64,000 bases of DNA from Armatimonadota bacterium. Its GTDB lineage: Bacteria > Armatimonadota > SYMT01. Both the position numbers and the translations under genes were made by a program. The stretch is taken from positions 288,001 to 352,000 of the forward strand of contig JAWLHY010000003.1 of assembly GCA_041690135.1 (NCBI GenBank). The letters run 5' to 3'. The notes beneath the pieces are model-generated. The model was not told the origin of the DNA. It worked only from the letters and a program-made list of their open reading frames with translations, and ran no database searches. Each line of letters begins with the position of its first letter. The first letter of the stretch is position 1. This document shows positions 49,261 through 58,900 of the stretch, piece by piece.

Positions 49261-49797
49261 CTAACTTCCCGATGTGTCGGAGAGATGAGGGGGATCGATC
49301 CACCACCCGGCGACCTCCTCCGAGGTGGTCTTGTCGAGCCCGGCGGGAAGCCGGTCCATCAAGTCGGCGGCATGCGTCCGCAGGGCCTGCAGATCGATCC
49401 CTTCCTGCCACTCGGGATAGGGTGACCAGAGTTCCAACGCCTGACGCAGCAACCGGCGCGGTGTGCGCACGAACCCCATCCGAAGTTGCATCAGCGCGAC
49501 CACATACTGGAGCAGACCCTGGTGCAGGGTGTTCCGCCGGGCGAAAAACAGCGTCTCGATCGGCTCCACGCAGTTGCGGAAGTCGCCGCGGTCGAAGCGC
49601 TCCGCGATCAGCAGCAACTCGGGGGGAGCTTCGAAGGTCTCACGCACTGTGGGTGGGAGGACTTCCACCACCGGTGGATGGACGGGGATCGGTTTTCCGG
49701 TTCCCTGTTTAACGCAGCGAATGGGTCCTGTGAGGGCGTTGGTGGGGTTGGGCACGTGGGGCTCCAGTCGGCAAAAACTGAGTCCATCATACCCCAC
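49261..49797 (-). CDS. DUF309-like protein (start uncertain)
   Basis: FDRGDFRNCVEPIETLF...QGLLQYVVAL....G...LLRQAL..W...GIDL pattern. Confidence 0.6.
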   Translation of the reverse strand: MGYDGLSFCRLEPHVPNPTNALTGPIRCVKQGTGKPIPVHPPVVEVLPPTVRETFEAPPELLLIAERFDRGDFRNCVEPIETLFFARRNTLHQGLLQYVVALMQLRMGFVRTPRRLLRQALELWSPYPEWQEGIDLQALRTHAADLMDRLPAGLDKTTSEEVAGWWIDPPHLSDTSGS

Positions 49798-49876
49798 CGG
49801 ACTCTCAAGGCGGCGTCAGACGCTTTCTTACTTGGGCAATGGTTTAGAAGCAGTGGTGAGTAGCAAGAGAAAGCCC

Positions 49877-52800
49877 ATGCGCCCGTTGGCGTGTGCCGGG
49901 GGAGTGCTGGCGGGAATCGCTTTGGCGCTGACGGCGGGTGCGGCCCCGCAGCCCGCGTCCCCCGTCGGGGAACTCGCCTACTATGAGCGGGAAGTCCGCC
50001 CGATCCTGACTTCCCGCTGCCTGGGCTGCCACTCCGGGAAAAGTGAAAAGCCCGGGGGAGGTTTGCGGCTGGATCAACGTAACGCCTGGCTGAAGGGTGG
50101 CGAATCCGGGCCCGCCCTGGTTCCGGGCGATCCGGAGAAGAGCCTTCTTCTTCGGGCTGTTCGTTATCGGGACACCTCCCTGCGCATGCCTCCGGCAGGC
50201 AAGCTGCCGGACCGGGAGATCGCCGTCCTAACCGAATGGATCCGCCGCGGCGCACCCGCCCCGGCGGAAGTTCCGAGTTCCGGGTTTCGAGTTCCGAGTA
50301 AGGGGAGTCCAGGCTCGGAACTCGAAACTCGAAACTCACAGCTCGCCTCTTCCCATTGGAGCCTTCGTCCACTCCGCCGTCCGGCGGTCCCCGCGGTGCG
50401 GCAAAAGGCCTGGGTGAAAACCCCGGTCGATGCCTTTGTGCTCGCAGCGTTGGAAAAGCGCGGACTGAAGCCCAGCCCGCCGGCCGACCGCCGCACGCTG
50501 ATCCGCAGGATCACCTACGATCTCACCGGCCTGCCACCGACCCCGGAGGAAGTGGAAGCGTTCCTGGAGGACCGCAGCCTGAACGCGTGGGAGAAAGTGG
50601 TGGACCGCCTCCTGGCCTCGCCCCGCTACGGCGAGCGCTGGGGCCGCCATTGGCTGGACGTGGTCCACTACGGCGACACGCACGGGTACGACAAAGACAA
50701 GCGCCGCAACCACGCCTGGCCCTACCGGGACTACGTGATCCGCAGCTTCAACCAGGACAAGCCGTACGATCGCTTCATCCGCGAGCAGATCGCGGGCGAC
50801 GTGCTCTACCCGCAAGACCCGGACGGCATCGTCGCCACCGGGTTCGTTGCGGCCGGTCCCTGGGATTTCGTGGGCCACGTGGAGCTGAAGGAAGGCACGG
50901 TCGAGAAGGAGAAGACGCGGCTCCTCGACCGTGACGACATGGTGAGCAATACCATGTCCACGTTCACCAGCCTCACCGTCCACTGCGCCCGCTGCCACGA
51001 CCACAAGTTTGATCCGATCCCGCAGCGGGACTACTACCGGCTTCAGGCCGTGTTCGCCGGCGTGGAGCGGGGCGACCGGTCTTATCCGGACCCGGAGCGG
51101 CTTCGACTGGGAACGCGGCTGCAAGCACTCCGTAGCCGGCTAGAAGCGCTTATGAAGCAGGCGGCGAGCCGGGATGCCGCCGTGGTTCAGGCGCAAGACC
51201 GTCGCCTTGCGGAGTTGACCGGCCGTCTTGGCGCCCTGCCGCCCCTGCCGGCGGGATCTCCCAGCCCCACTAACGGCTATCACAGTGCGATCGAGTCCCG
51301 TCCCGAGGTGGAGAAGTGGGTCCAGGTGGACCTGGGCCGCACCCAAGCCCTGGAGGAGATCCGGCTGCTGCCGGCCCGCCCCACCGACTTCCGCGATACG
51401 CCCGGCTTCGGTTTCCCCCGCCGTTTCCGGGTGGCCGTTTCGGAGGAGCCTGACTTCCTGAACGCAACGGTCGTGGCGGACCATACCTCCGCGGACTTTC
51501 CGAACCCGGGGGTGAAGCCGGTAGTGATCCCCGTTTCGGGGCGAAAGGCACGTTTTGTGCGGGTGACCGCTCAGCGCCTCTGGCCGCGGACGAACGACTA
51601 CGTCTTCGCTCTCGCGGAGCTGCAGGTGATGGCGGGGAACCAGAACGTCGCAGGTACCGCTACCGTCACCTCACTAGATTCCATCGAGGCCGGGCGCTGG
51701 AGCCGTCGTTACCTGGTGGATAACTGCGACTCCCGCCACCATCTGCCGGACGCGGCGGACCCGGCGGTCGCGGCGCGCCTGCGGGAAGAAGCGCAGCTCC
51801 GACGCGCGGTCTCGGCTAGGGAAGGGGAGCGAGAGCGCCTGGTCCGGTCGCTGCTCACCCCGGCGGAACGCGAAGAGGTGCAGCGGCTGGAAGCGGAAGA
51901 ACTAGAGACCGACAAACGGCTGGCCGCCCTGCCACCGGCCCGACAGGTCTATGCCGTGCTGCCCCGGGCACCCCGCCCGGTTCACGTGCTGGCGCGTGGA
52001 GATGTGGAGCGCCCTCGGGAGCCCGCCCCGCCCGGCGCTCTGTCCTGCCTCCCGTCGTTACCGGCACAGTTCTCGCTTCCCAATCCCACCGAGGAGGGTC
52101 AGCGTCGTGCCGCCCTGGCCCAGTGGATCGCCGACCCGCGGAATCCACTCACGTGGCGCTCCATCGTCAACCGGGTCTGGCACTACCACTTCGGTCGCGG
52201 CCTCGTCGACACCCCCAACGACTTCGGCAAAATGGGCAGCCCACCCTCGCACCCGGAACTGCTGGACTGGCTGGCCTTCCAGTTCACCAGTACGAGTACG
52301 GCTAATCCAACGCAAGGGGGCAAGGGAGATGGAGGCAAGGGAACCGGGCAGTTGACAACTGACAATAGTCAATTGTCAATTGTCAATTCTTCCCACCGGC
52401 ATCCCCACAAGGCCCTCGGCAGAAGCCTCAAGAAGCTCCACCGTCTTCTCCTCCTCAGCGCCGTCTATCAGCAGTCCTCCCGGAACCAGCCGGCGCCCGC
52501 GAAGATCGACGGGGAGAACCGGCTGCTCTGGCGGATGAACCGGCAGCGGTTGGACGCGGAGTCGGTCCGGGACAGCGTCCTGGCCGTGAGCGGGAAGCTG
52601 GACCTGACGATGGGGGGTCCGGCCTTTGAACTCTTCCGCTTCAAGGACGACCACTCGCCCATCTACGACTACAGCGCCCTGGAAAAGGCCGAGGACCCTG
52701 CAACGTGGCGGCGTACGGTCTACCGATTTACGGTCCGCAGCGTGCCGAACCCGTTCCTGGACAGCCTGGACTGCGCCGACCCCAATATCAACACGCCGGT

Positions 52801-53065
52801 CCGCAACACCACGCTAACCGCCCTTCAGGCCCTGGCGCTGTTGAACGACCCTTTCATGGTGGCCCAGTCGGAGCATCTGGCCGCGCGGCTGCGGCGGGAA
52901 GCGCCGGACCTGGAAAGGCAGATTGATCTCGCCTACCGCCTGGTTCTCTCCCGGCCTCCGCAACCGGAGGAGCGCGCCGCCCTCGCCGCCTACGCCCGCA
53001 AGCACGGCCTGCCCAACGCCTGCCGTCTGCTCCTGAATACAAATGAATTTGCTTTCATCGATTAA
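49877..53065 (+). CDS. PSD1 / planctomycete cytochrome c, DUF1549 + discoidin-like + DUF1553 protein
   Basis: CLGCH, MPP, HWSLRP, DLTGLPPT, YGERWGRHWLD, CARCHDHKFDP, NRVWHYHFGRGLV, PSHPELLDWLA, NEFAFID. Confidence 0.93.
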   Translation: MRPLACAGGVLAGIALALTAGAAPQPASPVGELAYYEREVRPILTSRCLGCHSGKSEKPGGGLRLDQRNAWLKGGESGPALVPGDPEKSLLLRAVRYRDTSLRMPPAGKLPDREIAVLTEWIRRGAPAPAEVPSSGFRVPSKGSPGSELETRNSQLASSHWSLRPLRRPAVPAVRQKAWVKTPVDAFVLAALEKRGLKPSPPADRRTLIRRITYDLTGLPPTPEEVEAFLEDRSLNAWEKVVDRLLASPRYGERWGRHWLDVVHYGDTHGYDKDKRRNHAWPYRDYVIRSFNQDKPYDRFIREQIAGDVLYPQDPDGIVATGFVAAGPWDFVGHVELKEGTVEKEKTRLLDRDDMVSNTMSTFTSLTVHCARCHDHKFDPIPQRDYYRLQAVFAGVERGDRSYPDPERLRLGTRLQALRSRLEALMKQAASRDAAVVQAQDRRLAELTGRLGALPPLPAGSPSPTNGYHSAIESRPEVEKWVQVDLGRTQALEEIRLLPARPTDFRDTPGFGFPRRFRVAVSEEPDFLNATVVADHTSADFPNPGVKPVVIPVSGRKARFVRVTAQRLWPRTNDYVFALAELQVMAGNQNVAGTATVTSLDSIEAGRWSRRYLVDNCDSRHHLPDAADPAVAARLREEAQLRRAVSAREGERERLVRSLLTPAEREEVQRLEAEELETDKRLAALPPARQVYAVLPRAPRPVHVLARGDVERPREPAPPGALSCLPSLPAQFSLPNPTEEGQRRAALAQWIADPRNPLTWRSIVNRVWHYHFGRGLVDTPNDFGKMGSPPSHPELLDWLAFQFTSTSTANPTQGGKGDGGKGTGQLTTDNSQLSIVNSSHRHPHKALGRSLKKLHRLLLLSAVYQQSSRNQPAPAKIDGENRLLWRMNRQRLDAESVRDSVLAVSGKLDLTMGGPAFELFRFKDDHSPIYDYSALEKAEDPATWRRTVYRFTVRSVPNPFLDSLDCADPNINTPVRNTTLTALQALALLNDPFMVAQSEHLAARLRREAPDLERQIDLAYRLVLSRPPQPEERAALAAYARKHGLPNACRLLLNTNEFAFID

Positions 53066-54530
53066 AATCCCGGTGACCCGCAGAGACCTCCTCTGGAACA
53101 GCGGCGGCGGGCTGGGCGGCATTGCCCTGGCCTACCTCCTCGGTCGCGACGGCTCCCTGGCCGAGGCCGCCGAACGGAAGGGGGCGGGAGACAGCCCCCA
53201 GGGGCCCACGCCCATCCGAACGGCCTCGCCGGGCCTGCCGCACCATCCGGCGCGGGCGAAGCGGGTCATCCAGCTCTTCATGTCCGGGGCGGCCAGTCAG
53301 GTCGATACCTTCGACTACAAGCCCGAGCTGATCCGGCGGGCGGGCCAGCCGTTCGATCCCGGCGGCAAGGTGGAGTTGTTTCAGAGCAACCCCGGCACGG
53401 TGATGCCGAGCCCCTGGAGTTGGAAGCAGTACGGCCAATGCGGGCGCTGGGTGAGTGGCCTCCTGCCGCACCTCGCCACCTGCGTGGACGACATGGCGTT
53501 CATCTACTCCATGGTCTCGAAGTCCAACGTCCATGGTCCCGCCACCTTTATGCAGAACTCCGGGTTCGTGCTACCCGGCTTTCCCAGCGCCGGTGCCTGG
53601 ATCAGCTACGGACTGGGCAGCCTCACGGACAACCTGCCCACCTTTGTGGTGCTCCCCGACTCGCGTGGCTTCGCGCCGAACGGCCCCGGGAACTGGACGG
53701 CGGCCTTCCTTCCCGCGGCGCACCAGGGGACGATGGTCCGGGTAGGTTCCAAGAACCCGATCTTCGATCTCTTTCCACCGGAGAAGGAGTACATCACCCG
53801 CGAGAGCGAGGCCGAGGGGCTCGCCCTCCTCAACCGGCTGAACCGCCGCCATCAGGAGAGCCGCGACGGGGATTCCCGCCTTTCGGCCCGCATCGCCTCC
53901 TATGAGCTGGCTGCCCGTCTCCAGCTCAGCGCGCCGGAAGTCCTCGACCTCGACAGTGAGCCGGAAAGTATGCGCAAGCTCTACGGGCTGGATCGCCCCA
54001 TCACGGAAGAATTCGGCCGGCGCTGCCTGGTCGCCCGGCGGCTACTGGAGCGCGGCGTGCGGTTTGTGCAGATCTGGAGCGGCGCCGACAACGGCTTCCC
54101 TCGCCGCAACTGGGATTCCCACGAGAACCTCGCCAAGGATCACCTTGACATGGGCACGAGCATGGACCAGCCCGCCGCGGCCCTGGTCCAGGACCTCAAG
54201 GCCCGGGGCCTGCTCGATGACACGCTGGTGATCTGGACCACCGAGTTTGGCCGCATGCCGTGCAGCCAGGGTAGCCAGGGCCGCGACCACAACCCCTCTG
54301 CCTTCACCACCTGGCTGGCGGGCGGCGGAATCCGCGGCGGCGCCACCTACGGCCAGAGCGACGAGTGGTCGTACCGCGCCGTCCAGCACCCCACCTACTG
54401 CTACGACGTCCATGCCACCGTGCTCCACCTGCTCGGCCTCGACCACGAACGGCTCACCTTCCGCCACAACGGCATCGACCGCCGCCTCACCGACGTCCAC
54501 GGCCACGTGATCCAGGATCTCCTGCTCTAG
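53043..54530 (+). CDS. DUF1501 domain protein with Tat-like signal
   Basis: TRRDLL, AKRVIQLFMSGAASQVDTFDYKP, WDSH, EFGRMP, GRDH, RLTDVHG. Confidence 0.93.
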   Translation: MNLLSSIKIPVTRRDLLWNSGGGLGGIALAYLLGRDGSLAEAAERKGAGDSPQGPTPIRTASPGLPHHPARAKRVIQLFMSGAASQVDTFDYKPELIRRAGQPFDPGGKVELFQSNPGTVMPSPWSWKQYGQCGRWVSGLLPHLATCVDDMAFIYSMVSKSNVHGPATFMQNSGFVLPGFPSAGAWISYGLGSLTDNLPTFVVLPDSRGFAPNGPGNWTAAFLPAAHQGTMVRVGSKNPIFDLFPPEKEYITRESEAEGLALLNRLNRRHQESRDGDSRLSARIASYELAARLQLSAPEVLDLDSEPESMRKLYGLDRPITEEFGRRCLVARRLLERGVRFVQIWSGADNGFPRRNWDSHENLAKDHLDMGTSMDQPAAALVQDLKARGLLDDTLVIWTTEFGRMPCSQGSQGRDHNPSAFTTWLAGGGIRGGATYGQSDEWSYRAVQHPTYCYDVHATVLHLLGLDHERLTFRHNGIDRRLTDVHGHVIQDLLL

Positions 54531-54942
54531 AAAACGAAACCCGGGCGGAAGAGTGCCTTCGCCACCGGCCAACCCCGCGTCCCTTTCGTCCCGATTTCGC
54601 GATCACCGTTCTCGCACCCTGTTTTGGACACCGACCACCATCAGGCAGCCCGTGGGAGTCCAGACGCTAGTCTGGTATCTCGCGATCTCGCCCCCGCCTC
54701 CCGTCTCGCCAACCCAGCAACCGCACAGGGCATCAGTGTGGAGTCGCCGATTGCATCGGCGCCTGGCGATCCTGCCTCCGCTTCCCGCCCTGTCACGCGG
54801 GACCCTGGCAGTGGAGCAGCCATCCTGGACCCCCGCCCCACGTCATCCTGAACGGCTGCCTGGCCGTAGGGCTGAAGAATCGCCTTCGACCCTGGCGCAC
54901 GGATCCAGCTCAGGTAATCATGGAGAGAAGTGAGGTTGGACC

Positions 54943-55602
54943 TTGAATGACTACCGGTACGCGGAACCCGGCACCATCCCCGAACCCGGCGAGGCCTGGC
55001 GCGCGGTCGGCGCAAAGACCACGGTCCTGGGCCTGTGCCTGCTTGACGCGGTGCCCGTCCGGCCCTACGTGGACCCGCAGTTCGACCTCCTTACCCCGTG
55101 GCCCGGAAAGACCCTGGGCGGAGTCTTCCTCACCGCCTACGGTCCCGGCTCCACACTGGAGTACCACGAGTTCGGAGTGGTGGCCGGCTGGGTACGGCAC
55201 GGCGGACGGTCCGGGTTCTATCTCTCCCACCTCTACGTGGATAGCGAGCCCTCCGTGGAAGGCGGTCGCCGGATGGGCTACCCCAAGGAACTGGCCCGCT
55301 TCCACTGGGAAGACGGTCCGACCGGCGGCAGTGCGACCCTATATCAGGAGGAGAGACCTCTCTGCACCCTTCGCTACAGCCGTCCGGTCGGCCGCCTGCG
55401 CCTACGCCTCCAGGGAACCACCCTCTCCCGGCGAGACGATACCATCTTCCGCTTCCGCCACCGGGCCACGGCCAACTGGGGCCTCTGCCGCCTGCAACTC
55501 GACATCCCCCCGGAGAGCCCCCTGGCCCCACTCCATCTCGTCCAACCCGTGATGGCCCTGGCCGGCAACCGGCTGGAGGGCACCCTTGGCATTCCCACCT
55601 GA
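54943..55602 (+). CDS. Acetoacetate decarboxylase family protein
   Basis: LEYHEFGV, LYVDSEPSVEGGRRMGYPKELARF motif. Confidence 0.8.
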   Translation: MNDYRYAEPGTIPEPGEAWRAVGAKTTVLGLCLLDAVPVRPYVDPQFDLLTPWPGKTLGGVFLTAYGPGSTLEYHEFGVVAGWVRHGGRSGFYLSHLYVDSEPSVEGGRRMGYPKELARFHWEDGPTGGSATLYQEERPLCTLRYSRPVGRLRLRLQGTTLSRRDDTIFRFRHRATANWGLCRLQLDIPPESPLAPLHLVQPVMALAGNRLEGTLGIPT

Positions 55603-55945
55603 GAAGACACTGCAAGGAGCCGAGCCTCCTGATGAGCGAACTTCCAATTGGCGCACTCGCCGCACGAGTTCCGGCTACCGCGCCGGGTCCAAACAAAAGC
55701 CTTCGCAGCACCTTCTGGTGAGCAGAATCCCTATCGTATGCGCACCGATGTAGGCTTGCACCCCGAGGGGGTGGCAGGCTCTCCAATGCCTGCCTCGTAC
55801 TGCATGCGTACCGGTCGTGCCGTGTGGGACTCCGCTCCCGCACGCTGGAACCACCGACGCAGCCTTGAATGACCTGTCCCGCTGGGGGCGCCTGCCAGGG
55901 CGCGTTTCTGGATGCCTACCGGATGCCCAACATAGTGCCTGATCT

Positions 55946-58900
55946 CTACGCCGGTGGCGGAATCAGCAACTCATCGTCCTTCAGGCGCAGGCCGGGATAG
56001 TACGGATCCAGCTCTCCCGGCTCGTACCGGCACAAGCCAATGGCATGCCAGAAACCGGTCGGGTCGCCCCCCACCCGGTACCGACCCTCCGGCGTGAAGG
56101 CGGCCCACCCCTCCGGCAGCGGCGCCAGCACCGCCAGGCAGCGTCCGCTCTCCACGTCCCAGATGCGGATGGTTCCATCCTCGGATCCACTCGCTAGCCG
56201 CTTGCCCCAGGGGTCCCACGCCAACGCCAGCACGCCACCTTCATGCCCCGCGACACGCACTGGTTCTTGCGCCAATTGGACCGTCCACAGCTGGATCACC
56301 CCTTTTTCGTCGCCACTTGCGAGGCGCTCGCCGCCCGCGCTCCAGGCGACGGCCGTCACGCGACTTGTATGCCTCTGCATGCGCTGCAATTCTCGACCGG
56401 TACTCGCCTCCCAGATCCGCACCGTCCGATCGCTGGACCCGCTGACCAGCCGCTCTCCCTGGGGGTGCCAGGCCACCGACGCCAGAGAGTTCGTGTGTCC
56501 CTCCAGACGCCGCAATTCTCGACCGGTGCTCGCCTCCCAGATCCGCACCGTCCGATCGCTGGACCCGCTGACCAGCCGCTCTCCCTGGGGGTGCCAGGCC
56601 ACCGACGTGACACTACCCCCGTGCCCCTCTAGGCGCCGCAATTCCCGACCGGTGCTCGCCTCCCAGATCCGCAGGGTTCGATCGTCGCACCCGCTGGCCA
56701 ACCGTACTCCCTGGGGGTGCCAGGCCACGGATGTCACATTGGCCCTATGCCCGTCCAGGCGCTGCACCTCCCGACCGGTGCTCGCCTCCCAGATTCGCAC
56801 CGTTTCATCGTCGGATCCGCTGGCTAACCGCTCTCCCTGGGGGTGCCAGGCTACGCATGTCACATGGGTCCTGTGCCCGTCCAAGCGCTGCACTTCCCGA
56901 CCGGTGCTCGTCTCCCAAATCCGCACTGTTTCACCGTGGGATGCGCTGGCCAGCCGCTGTCCCTGCCAGTCCCACGCCACGCACCGTACCCAGACTGTAT
57001 GCCCTTTCAGGCGCAATACTTCCCGACCGGTGCTCGCCTCCCAGATCCGCACCGTCCGGTCTTCGGACCCACTGGCCAGCCGCTTTCCTTGCGGGTCCCA
57101 CACTACGCACCGGACCCAGTGTGCATGCCCGTCTAGACGGCGCAATTCTCGACCGGTACTCGCCTCCCAGATCCGCACTGTCCGGTCGCCGGACCCGCTG
57201 GCCAGCCGCTCTCCCTCGGGGGCCCATGTCACACACGTGACAAATTCAGTGTGTCCTTTCAGCCGTCGCAGTTCCCGACCGGTGCTTATCTCCCAGATTC
57301 GTAGGGTTCGATCGTCGCACCCACTGACCAGCCGCTCTCCCTGGGGGTGCCAGGCCACCGCCGTCACACTGCCCGCATGCCCCTCCAGACGCCGCAATTC
57401 CCGGCCGGTGCTCGCCTCCCAAATCCGCACCGTCCGGTCGTCGGACCCACTGGCCAGCCGCTCTCCCTGGGGGTCCCAGCCCACCGACGTCACACTGCCC
57501 GCATGCCCCTTCAGGCGCTGAACCTCCCGATCGGCGCTCGCCTCCCAAATCCGCACCGTCCGGTCGTCGGACCCACTGGCCAGCCACTCCCCTTGGGGGT
57601 GCCAGGCCACGGACGTCACGCTGCCCGTGTGCCCTTGCAGGTGCCGCACTGCCCGGCCGGTGCTCGCCTCCCAAATCCGCACCGTCCGGTCGTCGGACCC
57701 ACTGGCCAGCCACTCTCCCTGGGGGTCCCAGCCCACCGACGTCACGTCACCCGTGTGTCCGGCTAGGTGTCGAAGTTCCTGTCCGGTCCCCATGTCCCAA
57801 AGCACGACGACGGAACCACAGGCGCCGGCCAGCACGTCACCCCGTGGATGAAGAGCTACATCCTGAATCCGACCGACCGGACGCTGCGTAAGCGGGAGCG
57901 GCTGTTCGTCTCTCAAGGGTGGGTTGGTCCCGGCGGTGCGCGCTCGCCAGAGGTCCGCACCTTCCATATGCGTACCGTGCAGCCGGGTGCCCAGTAGGGA
58001 GGCCTGAACGAAACTTGCTCCTGTTAGGTCTGCTTCGTCCAATTCCGCACCATCCAAACGGGCGCCATGTAGTCGGGCTTTGGTGAGCAGAGAGCACTTC
58101 AAGTTCGCCCCTGCCAGGTCGGCACCCGTCAGTTCCGCCCCTGTCAGGTCAGCCTCCGCGAGATTCGCCTGCCTGAGAAGGGCCTCTCGAAGGTTCGCCT
58201 CACGGAAATAGGCGCCGCGCAGGTCCTGACCCGTGAAGTCCGAGCCGCGCAGTTCCTTTCCGGCGTACCTCTCTGGTGCAGAGCGCCCGAGGCGGGCAAG
58301 CAGCGCCCGTGCGTTCATCGCGGCTGTCTCGCCGCTGCCGCCGCCGTGTAGAGCACCTAGCGACCAGGCAACGAGCGCCTCTTTCTCTGCCAGGCCCACG
58401 AGGAACTCCCGCATCAGGAGAGAGAACTCTCGCGTTCCCAACGTAGAGGATTCACCGCGCTCCTGCAGGTCTCGTGCCACCCGGCGGGCGATCAGGAACT
58501 CCATTACGCTCTGGTGGATGAAGGAGAAGTTACCTTCGCCGTCCCGTTGGAGCAGGGTGCCGGAGCCGACCTGGAACGCGGCGCCCGCGGCATCGACGGG
58601 GTTGGCATCCAGGGAGAGGAGGCGGGCCTGCATCTCTTCGGTCAGGTCGCGGACGTTGACGCTCGCCTCCAGGCGGTCCCACAGGCGGAGCGCGACCTGG
58701 GTCACCGCTTCCCACCGGTCCTGGGGGCTCAAAGTGGGAGGCGCCCCGGAGGGTTGCGCCCGCTGAACCTCGTAGCGGAACCAGCGTTCGATCAACTGCT
58801 CGTAAAGGCCCGCGGCGGTGATCGCTTCCCCCTCGCGCTTCGCCGCCTGGAGATCCTCATCTTCCAACTCCGCGATGAAGCTGAGCATGCGGGGGTTGTG

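Noticed and set aside
56040-57521. 493-aa repetitive plus-strand ORF
   Set aside because: Simply the antisense reading of the WD40 array
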